Assembly (NCBI RefSeq): GCF_004010195.1
Contig: NC_057719.1
Span: 31,446,370-31,510,369 of the forward strand
DNA: 64,000 bases
DNA from: Chiloscyllium plagiosum
Lineage: Eukaryota
Reading direction: 5' to 3'
Below are positions 38,859 to 52,123 of this stretch, one piece after another; positions within the stretch are counted from its first letter, which is position 1, and the number at the start of each line of letters is the position of its first letter. The notes under the pieces were generated by a model that saw nothing but the letters and a program-made list of their open reading frames with translations, had not been told where the DNA came from and searched no databases. A program made the translations under genes and the position numbers.

Positions 38859-39141
38859 TGTAGACCCCATGTTAGGCAATGCTGCTTTTAGCTGTCCTGC
38901 TAGGAGGGCACCTAAACTGCACAGGTTGTGTGTTAGGGATTCAATAAGATATTCCAAGAGCGGTTGGATAGCTTTGTGAAATTGGAACATAAGCAAGTCC
39001 TAGAAGCTGTTGAGGCTCAGTAAAGCCTACAGGTAATAATTTACTAAGGTTGAGAGTGGAGAGTTGAAAAACCCATAAGGAGTATTTGCTTGATGCAGCT
39101 GAACCAGATTTGAGCTCAGGAAAAAATCCTAGTGACAGCCA

Positions 39142-39215
39142 ATCTCTGTGGCACAACTGGTCAGTGCACATGGTTGTTAACTGAAAGACTGGTGGTTCAA
39201 GACCATGCAGAGATG
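39142..39215 (+). pseudogene. tRNA-Asn(GTT) pseudogene
   Basis: 74 nt colinear with vertebrate tRNA-Asn. Acceptor stem atctctg/cagagat, D stem gcac/gtgc, GTT at 39176-39178, T loop ttcaaga. The anticodon stem is disrupted. Confidence 0.85.
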
Positions 39216-39242
39216 GAGCTATCACTGTTCCATTTCTTTGGT

Positions 39243-39345
39243 GGCCCTCTTGTGGTGCAGTGGTAGTATCCCTTCCCCTGAACACAGGAGGCCAAGGTTC
39301 AAGTCCCACCTGCTTGATTAGACAAATAGGTTAACTTAAAAAAAA
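39243..39345 (+). mobile_element. Short tRNA-derived SINE
   Basis: A box tggtgcagtgg, B box ggttcaagtcc, A-tail. Confidence 0.7.
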
Positions 39346-39472
39346 GTGATAGGACTGGCTTGCTGAGATATCTCTGAATAGCTGGAGTTGAGTCTACATG
39401 CGAATACTAAAACACAGTTTCTGGAGTTTTTCCTTGGAAAGGAGGATGATCGACCATTCATGACAGAATAGT

Positions 39473-39780
39473 GGGCGGCACGGTGGCACAGTGGTTAGCA
39501 CTGCTGCCTCACAGCGCCAGAGACCCGGGTTCAATATCCGCCTCAGGCGACTGACTGTGTGGAGTTTAAGTTCTCCCCGTGTCTGCGTGGGTTTCCTCCG
39601 GGTGCTCCGGATTCCTCCCACAGTCCAAAGATGTGCAGGTCAGGTGAATTGGCCATGCTAAATTGCCTGTAGTGTTAGGTAAGGGGTAAATGTAGGGGTA
39701 TGGGTGGGTTGTGCTTCGGCGGGGCGGTGTGGACTTGTTGGGCCGAAGGGCCTGTTTCCACACTGTAAGTAATCTAATCT
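39473..39780 (+). mobile_element. Near full-length, young HE1 V-SINE
   Basis: A box tggcacagtgg, B box ggttcaatatcc, V-domain, (taatc)n tail. TSD aatagt at 39467-39472 and 39781-39786. CpGs are retained. Confidence 0.95.
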
Positions 39781-41249
39781 AATAGTTCATGAGACAGAGT
39801 TTTAAGGCCAGATTGGAAAGATGAGAAATTCTAATCCCTTGTCAAGTTTATGAAAGTTTGATGACCCATTATGTGAATTATTTTGAGAGAATTTCTGAGG
39901 AATCTGAGAGATTAGTCTTGCTCTCATTTGCTCTTTTGTGTGCTGTGGCATGCTTAATTGCAGTTCATTACCCAAACTTACCACATGTTAATTATGGGTG
40001 TTAAAACAGAAGTTCAATAAATTTATAGAGTAAAATTTATTGATACTTGTTTAAAAACTTCAGCTTTATTTTCTTCTTTCCATGGATTTCACACTTGGCC
40101 ATTTTAGAAGAAAAATAATAATCCCTAGCCAAATCATAACATAAATGTGGGATATTGGTCCAGAATCAGACTCATAAAGGTTCCAGTTATGAAAACATTT
40201 TTCTTTATAGCTTAGCTTAAGCTGTGACTTATTTGCTGATCTTGCATAACAGTACAAGCCAGGTTTATGTTTAATCTTTTCATTGGTCGTCTTATCTATA
40301 ATTTAAGGACATGAGGCAGATTATTGACTGCGAGGGAAGCCCATTTTTTGTAGGGTATTTCAAAGATTTTTTAACATAATTAATTGCAACCAGGTGTTTG
40401 CAATTATTGCTTAACTTGTTCAAAGTATAGTAGCCTGCTTTAGTATAAGTCTTGGCCCCAACAAGATGTGTAATTATTATTGTTTATAATACTTAAAGCA
40501 ATACATGAGAAAAGAGACATTCTTGGAAAGCATAAATAAATTGAACTAATCATAAAATGCTTATCACACAGTTTATGTTTAACACAGAATATTTTATTAA
40601 TTTTAACAACCGGAATAAAGAAAAATGTAATGGAATAAAACTAGCACATTTTTAGACTGTTAGTTACAGATCACATGAGCATTGCAAACATCAAAGATTT
40701 GGGAAGCGCTGTAAATTTGTTAAATGTTTGAAAAATATTGATACAATTTAATTTATATTTTAAATATGTTTAGTTAAGGAATGTCTGCTGAAATTGCACT
40801 TTTGCAATGCTGGCTGTTAGAAGTTGAATTGAGAACTCTAAATCATGCACAAAAGCTAACATTTTCTTCTGATGTACTTCAATGTCAGTGCACATTTATG
40901 AATCTCTGAGTTTAACAGATCTGATATGTGTACAACTTTTAGGAGGGTTTGCTAATTTATATAGTTCTCTGATCAGAGGGTCTTGATTGTGGAGATTTAT
41001 GATTTTGCAATGGTTTTTTGAACAGATTTCACCTGACACTTGAGTATAAATAATGAAAAGATCTTGTGATAACTTGGTACATCGTACGATTAATTAACCA
41101 TAAGAAATCAGCTAACAATACTGTGCCATAATAATAAAGAATCAGGTACAGAATACAGATGCAGGGAGAAGTTGAAAAGCAATATAAGAGAGCAACAGCA
41201 GGTAAGATAAAAAGGAGTGCAAAATTCAATACTCGGAATAATAAGAGTA

Positions 41250-41527
41250 TGATAGAATCGCTTTAGTACAGAAGGAGGTAATTTGGTCCATCAAGTCCAC
41301 ATTGACCCTTGGAAGAGCATTCCATCAAAAGCCATTCCTGTAATGCTGCAGAGGGTTTTTACTTTGGCTAACCCACCTAATCCCAATTTCTTTGAACTGT
41401 GGGAGCAAACCAGAGTGCCTGGAGGGAGAATGTGCAAACTCGACACAATTGCCCAAGGCTGAAATCGAAACCAGGTCCCCTGGTGCTGTGAGGCATCAGA
41501 ACCAACCGCTCTGCCACCATGTCACCC
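41250..41527 (-). mobile_element. Decayed HE1-like SINE
   Basis: Reverse complement of the tRNA head (gctgtgaggcatc...ctgccaccatg) and V-domain. Confidence 0.7.
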
Positions 41528-44500
41528 AATAACAGATGAAGGATTGATGGGTCAATTTACAAAAAGAGGAAGTAATTTTGTGGAAACATGGATGATTGAA
41601 ATAGTATTTGAGTGTTTCAGATCTTGAGGCAATATAGGTTTATAAAGGATAGCTAGCTTTAATTTGCTAAAGGCATGTTATGTCTGACTAACCTGATTGG
41701 AGTACTTTGAAGTAACCAAGGAAGTAGATAAGTCATGCAGTAGATGTTACATATGAGCTTTGTAATACATTCGGTAAAACAGCATTTAAAACAAACCATT
41801 TCAAAAATAGAAAAATTGTTCGAAATAAATGGTGGTAATTTGTGTACACAATTGACTAAGAGGTAAGTGATGGAGACTCATTTTGCACTGATGAACAATA
41901 TGCAGTGGGGTTCTCCAAGAGTCCACATTAGGACCATTTTCCTTTTTATCTATATTACTTACATGAGTATGCCTATAATAGGTACAATTTCCAGGCATGT
42001 TCACAATACAAAAGCTTTCAAATTTGTGAATAATTAAACAGGATAATAGCAGGCCTCAGGAGGTCATAGACTAATGAAATGGGTATTGCATGGCTAATAT
42101 ACTATAATGTGGACTAGTTGAATGATGCATTTCAGAAGGAACATGGAAAGGGAATATCTAATTTGTACTATTTTGAGTGGGGATGCAACAACAAATGGAT
42201 CTAAAGATGCACATTGTTATCCAGTTGGTTGCACTACTGGACAAGTCAGCTCCCCGATTTGAAATATGTTTTCTTTAAATTAAAATGCACTTGTTTATGA
42301 CAGAAAAGAAAAATAACAAACATCAAAAAGAAAAGTTCAGCACTTTTCCCAATAATATCCTTTACTGTCACTCAAAGCTAATAAGGTATCATTCTTCTCT
42401 TAACTGTAAGATTTCTTATTGAACTGACTCTTTTCAGATGTGGTGGACTGAATGTGTATTCACTTCTGAGGCTTGGAAGCTTGTACAAACCAAACAAAAT
42501 TGGCCATTTGCCAAGATCACTTATCTTCTGAATTTAAACTAATTGAGACTGTCACCACCTTTTTTCATGTCACATGTAAACTCTGGGATTCATGTGTATA
42601 TATATCATGTTGATGAGACTTTGGATTTAATAATTTGAAAGTATTTCTGTAACCACAGTAATTTCTTTTAAACAATAGTTTTTGAAGCCTTCTTGTAGAA
42701 TGAATTGGTTTTGTGCTTTTGTTTGGACTTTTTTTTGGTTTATTATTCCTTTTTGTAATAAACTTCAATTTTATTGTTAAAGCAAAAATGCAGTATTGCA
42801 TTCTTATCTTTAAGTGAAAGGTTATGTTCTTAACACCAAAATACCAAAATATGTGATTGATCAAGTCAGGTTCCTTGTCTGGTAATAACATCTGCTAAGA
42901 TCATATGTCATAAAAGTTCAATCTTGTAAATACTACATCTGTTAAATTTCTTGGTAGCTGATAGAGTCATTTAATTTCCCAAAGAAGCATTTGACTTGTG
43001 TTTGAATTAATTGTTTGAACAAAAAATGATTTTCTGACTTAAGACAAAAAGAAATCAACTTCACAGAGCTAAAACCAAAATATATTTTCCTGTACTTTTA
43101 AAAATCTAAATGCCTAAATGATATAATGTAAACCTTTATCACAATATTTACAAATCCTTGAAGATGTTGTTTTAAGTTGGTGATGCAGATTAGGTATGTG
43201 GTTATTAGTCTTTGAAGACAGAAACAAGCAAGTCATGCTAAACATTTGCAAACATTAGTTTGATTTCAGCTGGAGTTGTTTACACAATTCTAGGTATCAC
43301 ATATGTTAAGGTCCTGGAGAGGCAGTTTTTCAAGATCATACCAGGGTGAAAGATGCCATTTTGTGAAAAACAGAGTCATTACAATTATCTTCCGAGCAGA
43401 GAGACCCCATTGAGGTATTCCAAATTGAGAAGTTGTGATCAAGTAGGTAGGGGAAAATAACATTTTTCTTCAGGCTAATGGTCATTAATCAAAACTCAAA
43501 GATTTTCAAAATATAACAAAAAAAAACTAAGGGAGAAATTCAATTTTTGGTTTTTCCACACATTATTGTGTTCTGGAATGGACTGCCTGAATTGAAGAAG
43601 TCTGATTCTGTAAGAATTTTCAAAATACAATTGGACATGGCCTTGTATAAAACGTATTTGCAGAGTTGTTGGGGAATGGAAGGGTTGGACCAAACTGAGC
43701 AGTTTGAAGAGATGGGCCAGGTTGATGGGCCATACTATTTCCTTCTGTGTTATAAGAATCTATGATTCTAAGCAGCTAGAATTAGAATTGATCTTCACTG
43801 AAAGCTACTGACACTGAAATTAAATTAATTATTGTAGTTGGTTTTCTAGTAGTTGAGCTACAGTTAGGATTGGTTACGTTAATCTCATTCAAAAATCAAA
43901 GCTATCTGTGACAAGATTTGTTATTTTCCTATAAGCAGCAGTTATTTGTTATATTTTCCTCGATCTTCTTATCTTCTGACAAAAATAAATACCTTTTTCT
44001 GATATTCCAAGTCACGTGTGTTTCCCAGAAATGTTATTGCTGAACTAAAGGAAAATGAATACACAAAAGAGATTGAAAACTGCAAGAATTAAATCTAACA
44101 ACTTCATTGAGTAGAGGGTATAAAAGTAAACTATTTAGCAAAATTGGTCTAGACTTTATAGATGAGCCACCTTTTAACTTCATTTAGCCCTACTTGCATA
44201 TCCTTCTTTCCTTTATTTCCTAATGCTTCTCCAGTTTTCTGATGCATGTTTCTTCTCTCATCTGCTCTTTATATATTCTGCATTCTTTGAGTAAAGGTAT
44301 TTGTTCTGAATTCCCTATTAGATTTACTAGTGTTGACTGTGTGTGCATGTATGTTAATATGCATATATACTTTGGCTTTGTATTCTGCATAGGTGGAAAT
44401 ATTTTCTCTATTTCCAATCTGTTAAATTCTTTCAAAATCTTGAAAATCTCTGTCAGATTATTCTCAACTCTGTACAGAAAAGAGGCTCAGCTTGTTACTT

Positions 44501-45188
44501 ATGATGAAGTTACCTTCTCAGTTTTTGATGTTTAATCCTGGAAAACTTTCTTTGCACCAACTCAGCAGCTTTGTATCTTTTTCATTATGTTCTTATATTG
44601 TTTACAGTATTCCAAATGTAACTTAACCAGGGTTCAACCTATGCTTAACATAAGTCCTGCCTGAAGCAGAGATTGACCAACTCCATGCTCAGTTAAATGA
44701 CTCAGTGATGTAGATCTGTTTAAGCTCCTCACTTTAAGAATGGCATTTGTACGCACAAAGTTTAGATCATGACTGCTAAATACTGCAAACTGATGACAAA
44801 AGATAGATGGTTAAGGAATTAGGGTAAATTGCTGTTCAAGAATTCTAAATGGAATGCCACTTCCCCTTGAAGGCATCTTTATCAGACCCACTTTTATTGT
44901 GGTGAGAGTATTAATGTGTAACTTAAAATTGACTGTTTTTCACAGAATAGCAAAATTGTTACAGTGTAGAAGGAGGCCATTTGGCCCATTGAGATTGCAC
45001 TGGCTGTCTGAATGAGCGTCTAACCTAATGCTGTTCTCTTGCTTTCCTTTGCAAATAACCTTTGCATTATTTGAACCTTGCTGCATCACACTCATGCAGT
45101 ACCTGAATGTTAATATTGTAAATATTTTAAAATAAAGTTAATTTTAAAAATGTAATTTTACCGTTACTGATTTGTCTTTCTATTACAG

Positions 45189-47463
45189 AACGGTGACAAT
45201 TATTCATTAGACATCATGCCGTATTTAAACATGGATGATATTGTTGAAGCACCTTGCATGCAACAATGTCAAATTGGAGACACTTACATGGCAAAAAATC
45301 GAGATAAACATATAGTGCATCAACTAATGAAGCCTAGATGTGACAGAAAGAAATGTGTTGAAAAGAATAATAATTTTTGCAAATTAACAAATGAAGCTAA
45401 GGTATGTGCCCTTTCTAATATAAATAAAAGGACAAAAGTTCTACATTCACCATCTTGTCTTGGAACTGCAAACACTAAGGAAACCAGAGAAACTGCATTT
45501 ACAGTAACGGGAAATACTTCAAAACCAAGTGAACAGATCTATCAGTCAGAGGACGAAATTAAAGAGGACTTGCATGGTGAAATACAGAAAGCAGCTAAGT
45601 TTAGTGGGGCAGACAGGAGAGAAATCTTGAAGAGTCCCATGAAAATCTGTACAAGTTCTACTGGAAGCAAATCAATAAGTTCTGAATACAAAATTGTTGA
45701 TGCAACCGAGAAAGAACAAACTGAGTGTCACCATTATGAACCAGTAAATGATTACGTATTAAAAGATATTGTGACTGAAACACATGATCTGGTTTCCAAA
45801 TGCAACAAATCAAACTGTGTTAGTTTAGACTCGAGTGGCTCAATTAATGAAATATCAACAAATTGTATCAATGTGTCTAAACTGTTTTATCTACCAGATG
45901 TGCTCATAACTCGGGGCCACAGTTCAGGACACAGATCCTCAAATACAGATTCTCAAAGGTATTGCTTACCAGAGGTTGAACATCCTAATTATGATTATGG
46001 TGGGCAAGTTCCCACTAGTGCAGAAGTGGTTTTGGAAAGAGTAAAATCCTTTCTTGCTACTTCTCCCCCAGGACTAGACATATTTTCCTTTTGCGAAAAA
46101 GTGAATTATGAAGAAAATAGAGGACAATCAAATATTTTAAAAATCCCACCAGAAACTGCTTTAAAATCTGACCAAGGAGGCAATCACGTTTTCAGTTGTT
46201 CATCATCAAATAGTATTAAACCAACAGATTTAGTGACTTGGAGAGAGCCTGAGGATTTAAATTGTGTTGACACACATTGCAGTCCTTCCTGGGATGACTT
46301 ATTTGACAGTAATGTTGAAGAACACTTGGATCAAAATTATCGAGCTCAGTCTGGTGTAAACCAAGAAAAATTACATGATCCTTTGCACAAGTATCATAAC
46401 TCCCCTGATAAAAACAAAAATAGAACCAGTAAAATCTTCAAGAACTCCATAAATGACATGCTGTTTGTATCTGAGGAAAGCTTGCCTTTGTTTGAAACTG
46501 AACCATCATTTGGCAGCCTTCCATCCCATCGTGCTTCCAACTCCAAAAGATGTATGATTGGAAAGGATGTCTCTGGACTGACGAGGCAACCTACTGAGTT
46601 GAACACACCACTGCAACGTGCCCAAGCAGTTCCTAATAATTTAAGAAACCATGAAACTGAACACGACATAAGTCACTGGCCAGTTTTGCATCAATCATTT
46701 CACAAACAAATGCTTTGTGAAAACTTATGCATTGAGCAGCATAGGTCAGTGGTTGATAACAGCAGTGTGTACAATTGCTCAGGTGAAACCTTTTCTATTA
46801 ACTTTGATCTGGGCTTTTCATTTGAAGACTTAAATGAAAATAATTCGTCAATCACCAATACTGTTTATAAAATTACTAAATTGTCAGAACATCTTGCAGG
46901 CAAATCATCTTCTGATAACACAGATATAATAAAGACAGAACCAGTTGAATGCATCCCCGAGTTTCAGAAAAACTGCAACAAAATTACTTCAGAACTATTC
47001 GAAGCAGAGTCAGAAGTATTCAGAGATTGCTCAACACCAGAGTCTGGAAAGCACACATCCTTAGTACCAAGCAAAATAGAAACTTTGCATCTTACCAATA
47101 TTTGTCTGGCATCACAAGATTCAGCTCTAGTTTCTCCAAAGTATCAGTCTGACCTTCAGGTGTCCTCAGCCTGTTCTCCTGTTGCATCTTTTACAACACC
47201 AGAAAAAAGGAGTTTGCCTCTCAAGCTGTGTGATATGACCTGTGTTGGCCCACTGTTTAAAAATGATCTAATAATTAGCCAGCATCCTGCACTAAGTGTC
47301 TCAGAGGGTTTGGTTGATAAAAGATCTTTGAAAGAATCAGCAGCCTCATCTAACACTTGTGCTGCTACACACAGTGCATGCAGAAGCGAAAAGCATGAAA
47401 AGAAGTCTCTTACAAATAAAAGAGAGAATACTTTTAGCAAAATTCTTGAAGCATCTATTAATG
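45189..47463 (+). CDS. FANCM: FANCM large central exon (approx. human exon 14) with MM1 and MM2 motifs
   Basis: tattacag acceptor and ATG|gtgagc donor; 2275 nt open frame, phase 0-1, continuing from exon 27486-27638. Contains LFYLP...VLERVKSFLATSPP (MM1-like) and YNCSGETFSINFDLGF (MM2). Confidence 0.95.
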
Positions 47464-48784
47464 GTGAGCTACTTAATTTTATTTTAAGATCATAAATATG
47501 TTGGAATTTTATTTTTCTTTAATTTCATATCACTACTGAAAATCGTAATTTCTTTTCTAATGCTAGGTTAGTCTCTGATTCTCAGTTCAGGTTGCAATTT
47601 TGTTATAACAATAGCAATGATACCAGTGCAAAACCATGCTGATATATTTGGCTATAAATGAATTCTTAATGTGCAATACCTCTGTGTTGGATTATTGAGG
47701 TTAAAATTAGTTAAAAGGGGTACTGCTCCAGTTCCACTGTTTCATGGATACCTTTGTGCATGTATTACATGCTACATTCAGACTAGGCTTTTATCCCTAA
47801 TTCTGTTGGCAGACTTGGGTTGTTCAAAATTAAAGTAAATAGTACCACAAAGAAAAAGTACTAGAAAGGGATTTGTGACATGCAAAACCATGCCCCACAA
47901 GTAGTCAGTGCCCTTAGAAAGGCTGTGACATAATAGGTGAGGAAAATGTTAGAAAGGGAGGAAATAATTCAAGGTGTTCTACAGCTTGATATCCATTAGT
48001 AGAGGCAAGCCTGATTTGATTTTCTTTTTCATTCATTTGTATCTAATATAGATTACAGTTTCATAGCTTTTGATATATTGTAGTAAGAAGTGACTAAATT
48101 TCTTCTGAGAATAAAGTGATAATGTTCACCTTAATACAAATTTTTGTTTGTTCATCCCCCTTAGTGTTTTGAATAATAAAGTTTTAATATTTAATGGCTG
48201 TAAAGAGTTGAATTCACACTCGCTTTAAGTGAAAGGTTTAAAAATTGTTATACTCTTAACAACATTCCAATGTTATCAGGAATAGTGTGTATTGAATGCT
48301 GTGTAGGGATATTGTACTTCACTTGGAGTTATGTGTTTTCACATGCATATTGTAGTCCTGATGTATAAGTAGTGACGGTTGAGATTCCAATGTTCTTTCT
48401 ATCATTTGGAGAATCAGGAATATCTCCTGCCATAACTGCCTGCAGTTCGTGTATCTTTAAAGGATTTGATGGTTGATCATCAACCTATACAGTAAAGAGT
48501 GCATCTTCCTTAACCATCAGGTCCTGATGGGACTTGAATCCAGAGATTTTGATCAGAGGCAGGGATACTGAACCAAAAGATTGCATTTGTGTTTGGAAAT
48601 ATTAAATACAATGCTAGGGCTCTGTACTGGAATCCAAATGTGTACCTTTAGTTGACGGTTTGGCTTTTGATCAAATGAGAACTGTGCAATATAGTTGAAA
48701 TCTTTAGAAACTTGATTTTTATATCAGACGAAACCCAGAATTTTAATAAATACTATTTGGCTAATTCAGAAATTAATTATTGAC

Positions 48785-50625
48785 AACTTAGCCATGTGAG
48801 GCCTGGTGAGGAAGAATGACCGTGATAGGATAGAATTCTTCATTGGAAGGTGACATGATTGATTTGAGACTCTGGTTCTTAATCTAAATAGAGGAAACTA
48901 TGATATTATGAGGTGCAAATTGGCTATGGTGAGATGAGGAACATTATTTCAGAGGATGTTGGTAGAGAGGTAATGGCAATCATATAAAGTGCATGGATAA
49001 ACTGCAACAATTGTTCATTCTTGTCTTGGTGTCAAAGCAAAACAGAGAAGGTGACCCAAGCAGTGCTACCAAGGGAAATTTGATTGTATTAAATCCAAGG
49101 AAGGGGCTTATAAAATGGCCATAAAAAGACCCGAGGAATGGGAGCCATTTCGAATTTCAGTTCAAAAAAAATAATAGGAATTGATATAATGGATGAAATA
49201 GGTTGTTCTGGTATAATGTGCAGTTCGTCAACATGGCTATAATGTGATTGATGAATTGTGGACGTTGTTTGATAAGCAAACTTTCTGCTGAACGGGTATA
49301 GCTATTTTCTGTAGTGATCTTCTACAGTGTGATTTCCTATAGCAGTTTTCCATAGCACAATTTTCTATAGTGTGAAGTTGCACAGGAATGCAACTGTCAT
49401 GTTATAGCAGAATGACCCAATGAGAGGAAGCTTGCAAACAAGGAAGGAGCATGCAAACTGATTGCAAAAGCTTCTATTATAATGAGAACAAAGAGACGGC
49501 TGACCAATTAAATACATATGTTGGTTTTGAACTCAGAAAAGAGGACACCGATAATAACCCAAAAATGTTAGGGAACCCCAGTGAGAGGGAGGAATTGCAA
49601 ATTAGTAGGGAAATGGTATTGGAATTAATTGATGGCTCAAAGGCTAATAAATCCCTCTGGCCCAATTATCTATATCCCAGAGTATTTAAGGAAGTGGCAC
49701 TAGAAATAGTTGATACATTGGTCATCTTAAAAGATTCTATAGACTCTGGAACAATTCCTATAGATTGGAGTATAGCTAATATAACCTTGCTACTTCAAAA
49801 AAAGAGGTAGAGAAAATGTCAGCTGTGGGGAAAACGTTAGAGGTCCATTATAATTGATTTAATAGCAAAGCACTTGGGAAAACAGTGACAGGATCAGACA
49901 TAATCAGCATTGATTCACAAAAGGAAAATCGCATTTCAAAGGCATAGAGGGAGTTAGTGGATGTGTTTCACTTGGACTGGTTGAAGGCTTTTGATAAGGT
50001 CTCACATAAGGGATTAGCATGTACAATTAAAGTGCATGGGATTGTGGGGAGTATATTGACATGAATAGAGGACTGTTTGGCAGACAGGGAGCAAAGAATA
50101 GGAATAAACAAAGTAGCAGGCAGTGACTAATGGGGTCAGTGCATGGAACCCAACTATTCACAGTGTATATTGAAGCTTTAGATGAAACAACTAAATGTAA
50201 TTTCTCCAAGTTTACAGGTGTCACAAAACTAAGTGGATGAGTGAGCAGTGAGGAGACTGCAAAGAAACTCCGTTGTGATTTTGACATGCTGAGTGAGTGG
50301 GTAAATACATGGCAGGTGAAGTATATTGTGGATAAATGTTAGATTATCCAAATCTGTAGCAAAAACAAGGAGGCAGATTAATAACTGGTGATAGATTGGG
50401 AAAGGGGCAGTGCAGTGAGACCTGGGTGTCTTTTTGCACCAGTTGCTGAAAGTAAGCATGCAGGTACAGCAGATGGTGAAGAAGGTGAATGTTATATTTA
50501 CCTTCATAAAGCGAGGATTTGAGTACAGGAGCAGGGATGTCTTGCTGCAACTATACAAGATACTGCTGAGACCACACCTGGAATATTGTGTGCAGTTTTG
50601 GTCTCTTTATCTGTGGTAGGATGTT
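48785..50625 (+). mobile_element. Decayed CR1 ORF2
   Basis: YPRVFKEVALEI, DWSIANIT and LLRPHLEYCVQFWS remnants. Confidence 0.85.
49199..49419. mobile_element. Probable Tigger-like MITE inserted in a CR1
   Basis: Imperfect TIR ggttgttctggtataa / ttatagcagaatgacc (13 of 16 match); internal repeats of ttt(c)ctatag. Confidence 0.6.
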
Positions 50626-50644
50626 CTATGAAGGTAGTCCGGGT

Positions 50645-50932
50645 AGGCAGTGGCCTAGTGGTATTGTTACTATTAATCCAGAAGACACCCAGATAATGTT
50701 CTGGGTGCCTGAGTTTGAAATCGTCCATAGCAGAATGGAACTTCAATTCAATAATGATCTGGAAATAGGAGTTTAGTGATGCATATTTAGGGAAAGAAAT
50801 ATGCCGTCTTTGCCTGGTCTGGCCTATGTGACTCCAGACCCCCACAGCATGTGATTCACTCTTGGGCAGCTAGTGCTGGGCAGGAAATTCCAGTCAGTGG
50901 CGCCCGTATCCTGTGAATGAATTGGAAAAAAA
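50645..50932 (+). mobile_element. tRNA-headed SINE with LINE-derived body and tail
   Basis: A box tggcctagtgg, B-box-like gagtttgaaatc, body ctggtctggcctatgtgactccagacc, tail gtgaatgaat...aaaa. Confidence 0.7.
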
Positions 50933-52123
50933 GATGCAGTGAAGGCTTACCTTTAAAACAATGTGATTCATAATGTTTCTTTTTTTTATCCTTGAAATGA
51001 TTTTGTTGAAATGTTTTAGCGATAGTGTGACATTCTTCTTTTGTGCCTTTTATATTATGTAATGTCCAAAGTGATCACTTTTCCTGTATTTTGCAATAAG
51101 ACATTTTGAGGTATAGCACCCTTATCCTGGAATTTTACTTAATGATGCAGTTATTATTAATGCTTACTCTAAAATGAAATACCCCTCAGTTTTTTTTTGG
51201 GGGGTGTAGTTTAAAATATTTGCTGTTTGAAAATATGTATTTGTTTTAATATTTTTCAATCACTGCCAATTCATGGGTTTAAAGTAGCTGGTGATCCACT
51301 CTTAAATAATTTGTCACTGAATCCAAGGAACGTTTTCAACGTGATTGATAAGTTTTGTTCTTTTCCTGTTGAGTCATGTGACATAGAATCTGAATGCTAT
51401 TGGCACAAAAATACAAAGTTTGTATTCAATTAGCCTAAGTTTGATCCTGTTTTGAAGTTGACTATTTTACTTTTATTTTAGTCAGGTAATAGTGTATAGA
51501 AACATAGAATTTTAACAGCACAGAAGACCATTTGGCCCTCAATGTTCCATGCTAGTTCTCTGCAAAAACATCTCAGTTGACCCCACTCCCCTCCTCTTTT
51601 CCATTAGCAAGTTTTTTTTCTCTTCAGTTAATCAACCAGTTCCCTCTTAAAAGTTACCATTGATTCTGTCTCCACAACACGCTCAGGCAGTGCAATCTGC
51701 ATACTACATGAAGAACATTATACCTCATTTTGTCTCTTGCACTTTTGTCATTCTCCTTAAATCAAAGTGCTTTGGTTCTCAACCTTTCTGGTAATGTCTA
51801 TTCTGTCCATACTTTTTGTGGTTTTGAACACATCTCCAAATTGCTCAGCTTTCACTTCAAATGAAGTATGTCCAGTTTTGCCAGTGAATCCATGCCACTA
51901 AAATGCTTCAGCCTTAGAGCTGGTCTGATAAATCTTTTCTGCACTGGCTAATGACTTCACATCCTTCCTAAACTGCAGTGCTTAGAATTGGTCATATTAC
52001 TCTAGCTGAGGCCAAACCAGTGTATTATAAATGTTCACTGCAATTTCTTTGCTTTTATGCTTTAGGTCTTTAAAAACAGCATTGGAGCTCAATTGTTATT
52101 GAACATTTGGTCAGTCAGCCCTG

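Noticed and set aside
39142..39215. Functional tRNA-Asn gene
   Set aside because: The anticodon stem has two mismatches and two G-U pairs, and the T stem has a G-G mismatch.
45216..47495. 759-aa ORF as a stand-alone single-exon gene
   Set aside because: It is bounded by a good acceptor (45188) and donor (47464), is in phase with upstream FANCM exons, and contains MM1/MM2 motifs.
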